Origin: Lingula anatina
Lineage: Eukaryota > Animalia > Brachiopoda
Direction of reading: 5' to 3'
Assembly (NCBI GenBank): GCA_051362555.1
Contig: CM120646.1
Span: forward strand, 8,370,001 to 8,434,000
Length of the DNA: 64,000 nucleotides
Below the pieces are notes generated by a model, which worked only from the letters and a program-made list of their open reading frames with translations, searched no databases and was not told the origin of the DNA. The translations under genes and the position numbers were made by a program. This document shows positions 36,061 through 49,892 of the stretch, in pieces; the stretch's first letter is position 1; each line of letters begins with the position of its first letter.

Positions 36061-36699
36061 AAAAACAACACATCTGTGTCTGTACATAAAAAGCGAGTTT
36101 ATCCTCTAAAAGTGTTTTATGCACTTTTGGTACTTTTGTTGTTCTAAATGAACTTAACTATTTTTAAAACACCACTATGATCTGAAAATCTTATAAAAGT
36201 TTTACATTTATTTGAATACAATGATAAAATATGCCGATTCACATTTCCCGAAACGAAGCACTGAGGTGACATTTCAAGTACTACTCAACTGTCGCAATCG
36301 GGTGAAAACACCTCTCGAAATGAGGATACGTAATGGTATAGCTCATTGTCCAGCAAGATAAGTACTGAATCGGTGATGTTTCATGGAGCGTAGTTGATGT
36401 GAATATAACATTTTTCGGAAACTGTCAACAGTAAGCAGCGAAGCTGCCAGGTGGATAAAGATATATTAAAACTCCAAAATACGTTACATTTTAATGGCCT
36501 GAACGCTTCCCTTTCAAATCAGAGAAGAATTTCATCAGCTGTGTCATGTTTTAAGAATGAAGTAATTTTTCTTCGGTCAGCAGCTAATATTGAGATAGTT
36601 TTTATCTCCAATATTTCGATGTCTGACAGAACATCTTCATCAGGGAATGAGGCTATCCAGGTGAATAGCCTCTATTCAGGAGATATACTTGCCCTCCCC

Positions 36700-36950
36700 C
36701 TATAGCTACCTATTGTCTTAGTAAAAGGGAGGTAGAGGTCAGGGAGGATGGTACCCTCATTTCTGTTGAGACTGGCACCTGTCTTCTTGATGTGGATGGC
36801 TTCTAGGACTTTCCTGTAATTTTCAGGTTCACTGTCAATCACCTTGATTTTATCGATTATTGGACCATGAGATACTTTGTGTCTGGATTGTTTTTCATGC
36901 TGGCATAATACCGCCTTGCTGTCTCTATTATCGACCTTTATTCCTGTCAA
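36700..36950 (-). mobile_element. Penelope-like element, GIY-YIG endonuclease C-terminal fragment
   Basis: AVLCQHEKQSRHKV...KVIDSEPENYRKVLEAIHIKKTGASLNRNEGTILPDLY matches the PLE motif H...H...RKxxEAIxI...LNRxxG. Confidence 0.75.
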
Positions 36951-37086
36951 AGAAAAAAAACACCCATACAGATAAATTGTTCCCCGTCCTATTTATTTAC
37001 TTATTTAATTTTGCGTATGATGGAAAAGTCTCAACGGACTTAACAGGGTATAATGCGCGTGATCTATTTGTCATACTCGTCATCAA

Positions 37087-37400
37087 CAGGCCTACACAAC
37101 TACCAGACTCGGCACCTGAATTCACCGGTAGATCGGACCACACTACCCGTTTGCAAGGTGTGTATCAGTACGCGCTTCGAAGCATCAGACGAGACACTGC
37201 TCTTGCCTAGTAGTCTACATGATGTAATAGTGATGATTCTCAGCAGGATTGGAAAGTAGTGCATCTCATCTCAAAACTTGTTCGGGGACATGATACTGTG
37301 AAATGCGTCTTTACGCACACCTTGAAAACGGGTAGTATGGTCCGATCTACCGGTGAATGCGGGATCATTAGGTGCCGAGTATGGTAGTTGGGTAGGCCTG
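37087..37400. mobile_element. MITE with long imperfect TIRs and apparent 5-bp TSD
   Basis: caggccta.caactacca.actcggcacct...attcaccggtagatcggacca.actacccgttt.caaggtgtg is mirrored at the right end. ATCAA lies on both flanks. Confidence 0.8.
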
Positions 37401-37911
37401 ATCAAGCAAGACAGTCAATTGTCGCGGCGCTCTAGGGGAGGCAGAAAAAGGCAGACACCATAAGTGTTCATTATGTTCTGATGACTGTTGGTAAAATGTC
37501 AGGTTCCTTTGGGTAGTAACATAAAGAGATAATTCTTTCACTTTTTTATTTTTTGTGTTGTACGGGGTGAAAGCAGAAGCGATGTTTTGTTATTAAATCC
37601 TACAAACCCTACACCCTCTTTTCTGTCAGGATATCTCTTCCAGCAGTAAGTTTAAATTCACTGGGGCCCTGAAGTACGCATTGAAATTAACTGAAAGAGA
37701 GAGCTACAATACTGCTGCACGGGTCACAGTTTATATGCACGTTGAAGGGTGGAAAACCTAGAGATTGATGGGCGAATGAAGGCTTTTCAAGGACACCGAT
37801 GCGGAACGCCACAAAACAGTGACTACTATATATTATTGTGACTTTATGCTGGGAGGGGTGTACGTGTAAGTCTCAGTTTTCAAAAATCAGAAAGGCGGAA
37901 CAGTTAACAAT

Positions 37912-40900
37912 ATGGAGACTAGAGCGAAGTTGTGTCTGGGGACTCTCCCCGTCCTTCTGGCCCTGATTTTGGGGTACTTCAGGCCCGATCTGACTCATGT
38001 TCTCCCTGGTATCCACAGCATCTGGAGCGATGTGACCCAGGCGCCACCGGACGCCGGAGATGTGAGCCAGGCGCCACCGAAGGGTCACATGCAGAAGTTT
38101 GGACTTCACGTGGACAAGGAAAAGGAGCTGATCGTGATGGACCATTTCCCGAGTCCAGAAGATTTTTACAGAGACCACATGCGGCAGTCAGTCCCTCTCG
38201 TGGTCCGAGGGTCGCTGAAACACTGGCCGGCCGTGGAGAAATGGAACAATGAAGATTATTTACGAGAGAAATTTGGTAACAGAGAGTTCACAGTGATGTT
38301 CAAAAAATCAAACGATCACAGGCACAAGTCACATATGACAATGAGCATGACAGATTTTCTAGAGTAAGTCTTTTTGGGTGTATTTTTTTTTTTTTTTTGG
38401 GGGGGGGGAGGGGTTATATATGCGCATAGTGATTTTATAAATTGTTTCCTGCACGTTTCATTGGTTTGTTAACAGAGCATTATAACAACAACAGTTACGC
38501 TTACATCTCCGAATTACTTAACCGTGATTCGGTATGCTGAATAATATGTCACGATGAGATACTTATTTAACTTGGTCATCTGATGACGTCATTGAGTCTA
38601 TCTCGATTCACAGCTTGTTTGTTTGTGCGTCCACATATATTGTATGTAACCGTTTAGTGGCCTACTGTCGCCTTAAGATGTTATTATTTCTAAAGAAATA
38701 TGTATGGTGACGAAGTGTGTGGGGGGGGAGGATAAGAAAAGAGACACTAGAATTTTTGTTGTAGGCACTGATTGGATGCTATGCATTTAACAGTTTGTTG
38801 GGTGAGAGTGAGAGAGTAATTGATCATTCCATCATGATGTACATTTAACCACCAAGGAAATTTAAACAGACGGCCATTGTCAATTAAAAAACGGCAGTGT
38901 CGAATGTAACTTTAATGGTTATGGGTATTCTATGTGCAGTTTTATACATTTCCTTGTATGGATTTCAAGAGGGTTTGGTCTTTAAAAAATCTCTCTCTCT
39001 CTCTTATTCTTTGAGTTTGTGTATGTGTGTGTTCAGAGGTAAATAGAAGAACTTTAAATTAAGCACACACACTCACACGTACACGCACACACACATACAC
39101 ATTGTTATTTATACCCATCAGCATATAATTCTCTCTTCATCTCCAAAAAGAATGCTTTCAGTAATTGACACCGAATAAACACTTAACATTGGGTATAGGA
39201 CTTAATCACCCAAAAAAGACTTTGGATGAATATATAATGCTATTCAGTTTTTCTTTTTGCAATTCAGTCGGTACCGCGATGAACATATCTATATGGACGC
39301 CACACTTTCCCCAGAGATGACGGAAGATCTGACTATCCCAAGATTCCTTGGTTGCGACGCCATCATGAAAATGGTATCGTCTGCTGTGTATTATTTCTTT
39401 TTTTAAATAAAAATTAGGTTAATATACTCGTTTTGTCTTACGAACCTTATCATTAGCATATTGATTAGATCGACATATATGCGGTACAGAACGATACGCC
39501 CGACTATTTTTTCAATTGTGGCCATCCTTCATACAGCTTATTAATTTATTATTATTATTAGTTTTTTTCAAGACCACTGGATCTGTGTACAATAGTTGCT
39601 CACAATTTGCAAAAGACGTCATATTAATTATAATAATTAATCATATTTTAAAAATTCCTTAGCTTAAACGAGATGTCTCACTATAGGCCTATAAATAACA
39701 AAGCACCTTGAGAAAATATGTTTATCCTTCTTTAGTAGCTTCATGTCACAGGGCGTTGTTTTGAAAATAATATCCCGCAATCAGCGGTGCGTAAATAACA
39801 TAAGAAATGATAGCGGTCCAGAGAAATACGGGTTTCCATAGAAAGTGACGGCTGCAAATGCCAGAAGTGATACTTAAGAAAAAAAGAAATGAAAACCACT
39901 TTCAATCTTTTGCTTCCTTTATGAGTTGTAAAACATTAACTGCTACGGTTCAAGTGCAATTTTTTGCAAAGTGTTAGCATTTACCATGTTCAATTGACAC
40001 CAATGTGATTCAAAACATTATTTGAACGAATGATATTAAACATGCTTGCAAATCTTTGAGCAACAACTTTGTGTTTGTGTGTGTGTTTTTTTTTTTTTTT
40101 TTTTTTTAGCAAACTTGAGATTTTTGAAATCACTATTCAGTTTATATTTAAGATCTTTTAACATTAAAATCTAAAACCCTCTTAGATTGATCTATTTTAT
40201 TTCATGCTTAGATGAAGCAGTTTGCACTATTCTTCAACGCCGGATGGTCCAGTACCTACATCCACGTGGACGCCACAGAGACGCTGTTTGCGCAAATTAC
40301 GGGTCAACGACAATGGATTCTGATACCGCCGGCCCATGGGAAATACCTATACGTGGACGATTTTAACTATCACAGAGGTAATATTTGAGAAAATGTCCTT
40401 TTATCTGGGATGGATCACCCATTGACACAGTGATACATATTGTAAAGTCTTTTCTCTTCTGGCTTACCGATATATACATGCATGGTCTCATGACGGACAC
40501 GTACCGCCTGATTCCTAACACACAGAATCATTACCACGGTACAAAATCAAACAGAAGCCTTGTTTAAAAAATACATCATAGAATAAAATTTATGTTAATT
40601 TTTTTCAATAATTAAGTAAAATTATTTAAATGAAATATCAAAATTTGTTCAATTCGTTTTAACATGTTTTTCATCCCGTAAAATATATATGGTTTTATGC
40701 CCTAATATTTAGAATGATTAATAATTGAAGTGGTCGAATAGCGGAAATAATCTTGAATTAAAGCCCCTCTTTAGGTGTTTTTCTCTAATTTAAAAATGTT
40801 TGGGAATTGCCTGTTTCCATTTTTTTTCTAAAATTTGACACTAGGTAGTATAGCCTTGCCCTTTATATTTATTTATTTACATGTTTGTTTGTGAATTCAT

Positions 40901-42940
40901 TTTTTGTGCATTTATTTATTAATATGCACCGTGTCGATCAACTTAGACACCATTTCATATTCCAGGGATCTCTCCAGTCGAACCGGAAGCCGTCGACCTC
41001 ATCAAATTCCCGAATATTTCTAAAGTCGACATCTACAATATCACACTGTATGAGGGGGATATTATCTACGTGCCCGAGGGGTGGTACCACCAAGTTCGCA
41101 CCATGGGCGGTCCACCTAACATGGCAATGGCTATTTTTATCAATTATCTACTTTGTTCGGAGGGAGGGCATCCACCAAATAGAACCGACGAAATGGTCAT
41201 GGAGCGATGCATCGCACGGAGGGAGGCCACGCCCAAAGGTGGGAAGTAAAAAGTATAGATAAATAGATTAATTCATTAATAGACACGTGAAAAATGAGAT
41301 GAATAAGAAAAATAAGATGAAAATGAATAAGTTTCACATTTTAACTCTGTTTCAGAAATTAACTGTAAGGAACGAATGGAAGATATGCCAATGCACGAAT
41401 TTATCGCCCAGTACAGTTATATCAACCCAGAAGCGATTGATGTGGCGTTAGAATTCGAATCACCAATGGCGCAGTTGAGGTCACATATAAGCACACTGAG
41501 CAGCGGGTTTGACAGTGAGTTCAATAAACATTTCAAAGATAACCTTATATTACTTTTAAGCACGTGCCTAGACTCTGCACCCTCGCAACACTGCAAAACA
41601 CACTCACACACGCACTATTAAATTATGGCCTCTCTCCCTCTCTCTATCTCTCTCACTCAGCACATAAATAAATAAATGCAAATAAATAGATTTTTGTGTT
41701 TGTTTGGCCTTGGGTGCAGTGTTTGTCTCATGTGGGTCTTCTTATAACCCAGTTGTGAAATTCCGCCTATCTGCAAGCCTAGATATGCAGGAATCAAATC
41801 ATACCGACCCAAATATGAACCACTACGTTAAAACCCAACACTTGAACCCGCGCAAACTCCGCCTGATTTCACGATTTTCTTTTGATTATATGTGAAAGTT
41901 AACATCTACTTAACATATATACTATTTTTTATCAGTGCCTAGCTTAGGATTTGGAGTGAGCGGCCAACCCACCGAGAAGGCGAAAATCTCTACTGCACAT
42001 GCGCTGCGACTGCGCTACAGGTGAATTAAATGGGAGAAAATTTAATATTTATTTTAATGCGCCTTTTTATCATTTCTTATATTGACAAAATGATTATCAC
42101 TGATTACTTGGAAGTGTATATGATGATTACCAGAGCTTCTTAAGCCTAATTAAGACATTTAGGTGTATCAAAGTTTTATTAGAATTGAATTTTTATTTCA
42201 GTCTCTTCGACACGGACCCAGATGATGAATCCGAGGAGATTCTAGGGACTATTTTAGCTTCCACTCCAGATGTCAAGCGAGAGGATGTTTTTATCGTCGT
42301 GAAGGTCCATCCTAGAAATTTAGGAAGGGAAAAAACTATCGCTTCTGTTCAAAGATCTATAGCTAGATTAAAAACTGACTACATTGATTTGGTACTTATT
42401 AAAGCCCCCTCTTGTAATGGTATGAAATTCAAGTGCGAAGCAGACGATAACCGTGGCACTTGGAAAGAATCTTGGGAAGCCTTAGAGGAACTGAACGAAG
42501 ATGGTAAAATTAGGTCCCTAGGCGTGAGCAACTTTAAGATGTCTCAGCTTCGAAAACTGATTGATTTTGCTAAATATCCCCTGTCCGTTGTACAAAGTAA
42601 TTTCAACTTGTACAACAGGAAAACTAAACTGCGTCAGTTCTGCAAAGACAACGGCATCGCGTTTATGGCGCATGGATTGATGGGATTTTGGGAGACTGAG
42701 AACGGCACACGCGAAAGCCCTCTCCTGTCCCACCCTAAGGTGGACCTTGCAGCCAAGAAATACCGCACAACCCCTGGAACAATACTGATACGATGGGCCT
42801 TAGAACAAGATGTTATAGTTGCGCCACCGTCGACTAATGTGGATCACATTGCATTTAACAGACACGCGTTTATGTTAGATATAGCAGATTCGCCCTGGGC
42901 TATTGATATGCTTACTGAATACTTTCCTCACGTAGATTAA
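37912..42940 (+). CDS. Signal/anchor + JmjC (cupin-8) dioxygenase + aldo-keto reductase-fold fusion protein, copy 1 (659 aa)
   Basis: Exons 37912-38363, 39268-39373, 40212-40377, 40966-41238, 41356-41514, 41936-42020, 42202-42940 total 1980 nt, all GT-AG and in frame. JmjC: PLVVRG...WPAVEKW...YLREKFG, TYIHVD, YEGDIIYVPEGWYHQVRT. AKR: TLSSGFDMPSLGFG, REDVFIVVKV, LKTDYIDLVLI, GKIRSLGVSNF. Confidence 0.92.
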
Positions 42941-43870
42941 GTAGTCATTGTTACATATGTGTATGGAGATGACATTTCTGGGTGTCAAGTATATGAGAAA
43001 AAAAGGAACGATGTAGTAATTTTGAAAAAAAATGAGTGAAGTTTATGAAGCCCTTTTCTGTAGTACATTCATATGAACTCTCTCTCTCTCTCACACTCTC
43101 TCTCTCTCTCTCTCTCTCTCACAGGACTGTGCATAGAGGAAACACGCGGTATATTTTTCACAAGGACGCAATATTGCGTCCTAGTTTACTGTGTTCTTGG
43201 TGAATAATGCTAATCAATATCAGTAAAAATGCCACTTGCTTTGAATAAAGAAACCGATTATTTTTTATTTTTTATTTTGTTTAGCACTTGTTTTTGCATT
43301 GTAACGATGGACTGAATTGGATAAAAAATATTTAAAGAATTTTAAAAAACAAATCCATAGTTTTCTACACGATGGAAGTATGAATATTTTTATTGCGCAT
43401 GTATGTTGACCTTTAAAGCTGGCTAGGATGCGCGGATAATTTCCAATCTTCAGTTAACGCCATTTAAACCGCACGGTGCTTAGTGTGCAGCACAGATTAC
43501 CATGGCAAGTGCTCAGTCTTACCTTGATTACAAAAAGTGATGAAAGTAGTACAAAATCTAAGCACAAGTTTGGGTTAAGCAGTTTTGTCGGAATAATATG
43601 GAAGTGCGGATAAAATACGGTGGAAGAATTTCAGTGGTGTATTTTGCACAGTAAGTCGGCTCCAGTACCTTTTTTACCCTTTAGTCCGAGAACAACAGCA
43701 ATACACACTCAGGTGTATTTGCTACATACAGTCATCACCCGTGAAATTAGATTGGCAGGTTTTCTTTTCAGAAACAGCGGTGTGGAACGTCTATTCAAGT
43801 GTCACTCAAGGAATATCAAGCATAAGGTGGGCGGGTGTGTTCTCATTCCTCGATGATGTTTACATGCAGT

Positions 43871-46800
43871 ATGGAGACTAGGACGAAGTTGTACGCGGGG
43901 ACCCTCCCCGTCCTTCTGGCCCTGGTTTTGGGGTACTTCAGGCCCGATCTGACTCAGGTTCTCCCTGGCATCCACAGTATCTGGAGCGATGGAGACGCCG
44001 GAGATGCGACCCAGACGCCACCGAAGGGTCACATGCAGAAGTTTGGACTTCACGTGGACAAGGAAAAGGAGCTGATCGTGATGGACCATTTCCCGAGTCC
44101 AGAGGATTTTTACAGAGACCACATGCGGCAGTCAGTCCCCCTCGTGGTCCGAGGGTCGCTGAAACACTGGCCGGCCTTGGAGAAATGGAAGAATGAAGAT
44201 TATTTACGAGAGAAATTTGGTAACAGAGAGTTCACAGTGATGTTCAAAAAATCAAACGATCACAGGCACAAGTCACATATGACAATGAGCATGACAGATT
44301 TTTTGAAGTAAGTCCTTTTTGTATTCACAAGTGAAGCATATACTCAGTGCATAATCACCTGCCCAATCACCAGACGCAAACCCCATTGAAAACCTGTTAA
44401 ATGAAATTGAAAATCAATTGGCAAAGGATGGTCCCTTTGCCAGTAATGCTCTGATCCAAAGTACCTTTAGAGCCTGGGCCAACATAACCCCCAGAATATA
44501 ACTGAACCTTTAACAATCTATGCCGGGAAGGGTGGTGGCCATATTAGCTATCTTATAAAAAGTTAATACTAACATAATAACATGCGTTTTGTTGGAAAAA
44601 TTAAAGCACTGTTCTGTAAATCTGTACTTATGATACTAACTTGGCATAACCACTTTTCAATAAAATACCAATTGAAAAACCTGACAAATCCAGCTGTTGT
44701 TCACCTTTAAGCAAAATTTTTCAATACTATTGTCACCCCACTCTACTCTCACAAGTCTAGTTTAATTTTTAAAGACATACTTCCTTAACAACGACCTAAA
44801 TTAGGCAGCAGTTGTTCAATGGCGGATCAACGGAGTACACCGCGGATCAACGGAGTACACCCCTTCCCCCTGCTCTAACTCTTCCCAAAATAGCATTACG
44901 AACAAAAGGCAATGACAAATATTAGCCCTTTTTCTATTTCTGTGCTACACATCATGGCAAAACTACCCCCCCCCCCCCTCCCCCAACAGAAAAATAAAAA
45001 TTCTGTAGCCGCCAGTGCCAATGGCCAAGTTTCTTTACGTAAAGCGTTGCACTGTAGGCGGGTTCAAGACACGACCCGGAAATAGACCCAGTGATGTCAT
45101 CAGACGATCAGATTACGAAACAAGGGATCACAACATTGTATAATAATTAGCCTAGTCGTCCTCTGGTGTTATTAGGCTCTTTTCGGGTCTTAGTTTGTTC
45201 GGCTTTGAAGATGTTTGAGATTTCCTTATTTTGATTAATAAACGACATATGACTTATACGCGTCGTGTAAGTGTAAATAACATTCCTTATCGACTATTTT
45301 GGCGCGAGAAGCAATTTTAATACGGTCCTGTTGTATGTTCGGATTACAAAGAACAGTAATTTTCCGTAACAAAACATTATGTCTGATGAAGGGATAGACA
45401 TTGTGATGTAGAAAACAGCTTAGTAAATAATTTTGTAGGTGAGCGTAAGGCGCAGGTGATGATAATATTTATTTGAATGACATTGTGTAAATGTAATTGC
45501 ACTCTTATTCTAGAATTCACGCTCTATTCTTATACAAAGACTATATGTGTGCTCATTGCGTAAGCACGTGAGCGTGTAAGTCTCTCTATATATATTTACA
45601 AAAAGAAAGAATGCTTTCAGTAAATGGCATCGAATAACATTGGGCGTAGGACAAAAGAAGACTTTGGATGAATATATAATGCTATTTAGTTTTTCTTTTT
45701 GCAATTCAGTCGGTACCGCGATGAACATATCTATATGGACGCCACACTTTCCCCAGAGATGACGGAAGATCTGACTATCCCAAGATTCCTTGGTTGCGAC
45801 GCCATCATGAAAATGGTATCGTCTGCTGTGCATAATTTCTTTTTTTTTTATGAAAGCTGGGTTAAGTTTGTAACTTTGGTATTTTTATGAATTTTTTATC
45901 TTTTTGTTAGGATCGTCCGCAATACTGGGGATAGACATTATATGATGATATCAAAACATGTCAGATCTAGAAGTAATTGCTCAATTTTTTCCAGTTCCGA
46001 CTAAATGAACAACTTGAATAAAAAAAGCGAACCCCAAGGGAATTTTTTAGAAGAATAATGTTACAACCTGGGTGAATGGAACGTTTTATTAGTGGAAGGT
46101 TCATATCAATTCACCTTCGGGGATTATCGAAAATGGCCTAGAGGCCGAAACCTTGGATTATATATGACATCTGTAAAGTAGATCTTCAGAAATGCATCAG
46201 TAATAATACTTATTAGTTGAAGGTTAGAACGAGTTGTGTTAAAATAAATGCATTAAGGATGCGGAGAGAGGGTGTGGCATGAACGTGGCTATCTTCTTTA
46301 CAGACCAAGATATACCTACATTGGGACATCTTTCTTAATTATAGACACATATCAAGAATTTGAGACATTCTTGTTGATGCTCAAGGGGGCTATCAGAACA
46401 TGTTGTCTGCACATGTGCATTTGTAGTGGAGTTTTAGTTTTTAAGGTATAAAGAGCAGGCTTAGAAATCCCACGAAACGCTATATCTCCTTACATAACTA
46501 CTACGTAATAAGGTGACTATATGGAATGAGAAGCTGTTGAAATAGGCGTTTTATTGATATGCAACATGTCTGTATTTCTTGGTCGTTTAAGAAGAAAACC
46601 ACAACCCCCTCTCTGCATCCTTAATAGAGGAAACAACACAGTCGCAGTCAGCAGAGAGAGGATAATATATAATCAGGAAATTTTTGTGGTGAACAGCTAA
46701 ATGAGTGGTTTTCTATCGAAAACTGACAGCCCCAGGAAAATGCAGACAGAACTTCATTTTCCCTTTTGTTGCCTTTGCTATTTAAAAAATGAAAGAAAAA

Positions 46801-48517
46801 AATTGTATTTGTTATCATTCGTCACAAGTAACTGAAAGATAGGCAAACATACCTCAGGCGATATTCTGCAAACTTAAACAAAGCGATTAAAAATATTATG
46901 ACAATAACTAAGCATGCTTTTTGTAAGTATTTTTATTAAAGTTTCTAATTACTAAAAGGGGTCTAAGATTAAGCCTCATTATCTATCTTTTATTTCACTC
47001 TTAGATGAAGCAGTTTGCACTTTTCTTCAACGCCGGATGGTCCAGTACCTACATCCACGTGGACGCCACAGAGACGCTGTTTGCGCAAATCACGGGACAA
47101 CGACAATGGATTCTGATTCCGCCAACCCACGGGAAATACCTGCATACGGACGATTTTAACTATCACGCAGGTAATACTCTGGACATTAAAATGCAGAATC
47201 TTCCTTATGTTCTTTCACAAATTTTCAGAAACTACGTTTAAAATATGACACATTTATATGTCCTTGAATTGCAGAAAATTTGTCAGTTTAGAATTGAAAT
47301 AGATGGGAAAACTCTCTCATTCGAATGCATGAAAACCTCCATTTTCTAAAAAAGAATAGAATTATATTTGCAAGGGTTCCCCTCTAAAATCTGGCTTTGA
47401 ATAACCCTACATGTACTTTTCTTTGTCTATTTATTTATTTTTCTGTCTGTGTCTAATTGCCTGACTGTCGATCTGATTGTGAATTCATTCATTCATTAAT
47501 ATGCAGGTCAATTTTGTTTACTCAATTTTAGCACATACTGACAAGAATATCACCCCCATAATTATTATACACCATTTGATATTCCAGGGATCTCTCCAGT
47601 CGAACCGGACGCCGTCGACCTCATCAAATTCCCAAATATTTCTAAAGTCGACATCTACAATATCACGCTGTATGAGGGGGATATTATCTACGTTCCTGAG
47701 GGGTGGTACCACCAAGTTCGCACCATGGGCGGTCCACCTAACATGGCGATGGCTATTTTTGTCAATTATCTACTTTGTTCGGAGGGAGGAGACACGTCAG
47801 ATGTAGCAGAGGCGGCGACAACGGCGTGCATCGCACGGAGGGAGGCTACGCCCAAAGGTGGGTTGAAGGTTGGATAAAGATGTCATTAAACATACCCATC
47901 TACATGTCAACTAACAGTCATATAGGGATGGGAATGTTTGATCACTTTAGTGTTTGGCGCGAAATCTTCATTATGTGATCAGGGTCCTTAGATAATGGAC
48001 TAAAACTGCTTTCAAACGTACAAGTAGTGTATGATTTCCGTAATTTAGTCTCTAGAGAAGCTCGGTTTAACATCCTTACTAGAGGCCTTGAAAACCTTAC
48101 TTGGTATATCAACTAGATGTAGTAATCATCCTATTGGCAGTCTTGTTAAACCCAGGACACTGGTGTATACAATACTACAATAGTGGTGAAAAACGTGAAG
48201 TAGTTTTTCCCATAACTACCAGAGTTTAGACTTGTTTTTTATGTACATGTATAGTGTGACTGCATTGAAAAAAAAAGCATCAATCTAATGAGGAAAGTTT
48301 GTTTAAATTTGGTAGAACCCTAGTTGCACATCCTTGTACTTTATTTCAGAAATCACTTGTAAGGAACGCATGGAAGATATGCCAATGCACGAATTTATCG
48401 CCCAGTACAGTTATATCAACCCAGACGCGATTGATGTGGCGTTAGAATTCGAATCCCCAGACGGAAAATTGAGGACGTACAACAGCACACTCAAGAGCGG
48501 ATTTGAAAGTGAGTACA

Positions 48518-48563
<46 letters not shown>

Positions 48564-49892
48564 AATACTGCGTCAAAGACAAAATGTTTGCCTCAGATCA
48601 TATGGACAATGTGACTTGCGTCAGCCGGGATCCATTTGGTGATCCACACTGACCCGATGGCTCCAGTTCGCCGTAAGGGTAGGGCTACTTGGTTTCAAAT
48701 TCCAATGGGAAATTGCATTTGTATTTTCAGTGCCTTTGTTGGGGTTTGGCGTGAGGGGTCAACCGACTGAAAAGGCGAAAATATCCACCGCGCATGCGTT
48801 GCGACTGCAATACAGGTGAATGAAATCTTTTGATTAATTTTGTTATGATAGATTTTTGTCATTGAGAATATAATGTATAATATTTATCACTTAGGATATT
48901 TAGGGTTAGATTTGCACAAGTATGCACATTTTTATGGCAGTGGTAGGTCTAACGTATCTCTGTTATTGGATTTATAGCTGTTTTAAATTGTAAAAAATGT
49001 TAATTTACAATTTTAGTATTAAATCAACAAAACAGATTTAAGAGCTTGGCGTGCAAACGTATGCACTTTATTTCCAACATTAAAAATTAACGTACATTGG
49101 ACTTAAAATGTTTTCGGGGAATCACAAACTTCAAAATCGATTTCTTATTTCAGTCTCTTCGACACGGACCCAGATGATGAATCCGAGGAGATTCTAGGGA
49201 CTATTTTAGCTTCCACTCCAGATGTCAAGCGAGAGGATGTTTTTATCGTCGTGAAGGTCCATCCTAGAAATTTAGGAAGGGAAAAAACTATTGTTTCTGT
49301 TAAAAGATCTCTAACAAGACTGAAAACTGACTACATTGATTTGGTACTGATTAAAGCGCCCTCTTGTGATGGTATGAAATTCAAGTGCGAAGCAGACGAT
49401 AACCGTGGCACTTGGAAAGAATCTTGGGAAGCTTTGGAGGAACTGAACGAAGGCGGTAAAATTCGGTCCCTAGGCGTGAGCAACTTTAAGATGTCTCAGC
49501 TTCGAAAACTGATTGGTTTTGCTAAATTCCCCCTGTCCGTTGTACAAAGTAACTTCAACTTGTACAACAGGAAAACTAAACTGCGTCAGTTCTGCAAAGA
49601 CAACGGCATCGCGTTTATGGCGCATGGATTGATGGGAGTTTTGGAGACTGAGAACGGCACACGCGAAAGCCCTCTACTGTCCCACCCTAAGGTGGACCTT
49701 GCAGCTAGAAAATACCGCACAACCCCTGGAACAATGCTGATACGATGGGCCTTAAGCCAGAATGTGACGGTCACTCCACCGTCGACCAATCTGGATCACA
49801 TTGCATTTAACAGACACGCAATAGTCTTAGATATAGCAGATTCGCCCTGGGCTATTGATATGCTTACTAAAAACTTCCCTCATGTTGATTAA
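43871..49892 (+). CDS. JmjC-AKR fusion protein, copy 2 (653 aa)
   Basis: Exons 43871-44307, 45710-45815, 47005-47170, 47588-47857, 48350-48508, 48731-48815, 49154-49892 total 1962 nt, in frame, same phases as copy 1. Confidence 0.92.
44817..45017. mobile_element. hAT-like MITE remnant
   Basis: caatggcggatc... / ...tagccgccagtg imperfect termini with internal poly-C. Confidence 0.4.

Noticed and set aside
37873-38178. Conserved antisense ORFs (also 43802-44122 and 53045-53326)
   Set aside because: They are shadows of the near-identical sense exon 1.
42185-42940. Stand-alone AKR genes suggested by ORFs 42185, 49251 and 57769
   Set aside because: Their starts are intronic or internal; splice phases join them to the upstream JmjC exons.
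42926-42940. C-terminal FPHVD/FPHVN as an ER-retention signal
   Set aside because: It does not end in the xDEL/xEL consensus.
48620-48710. tRNA/SINE-like sequence
   Set aside because: Only vague box-B similarity; no cloverleaf could be built.
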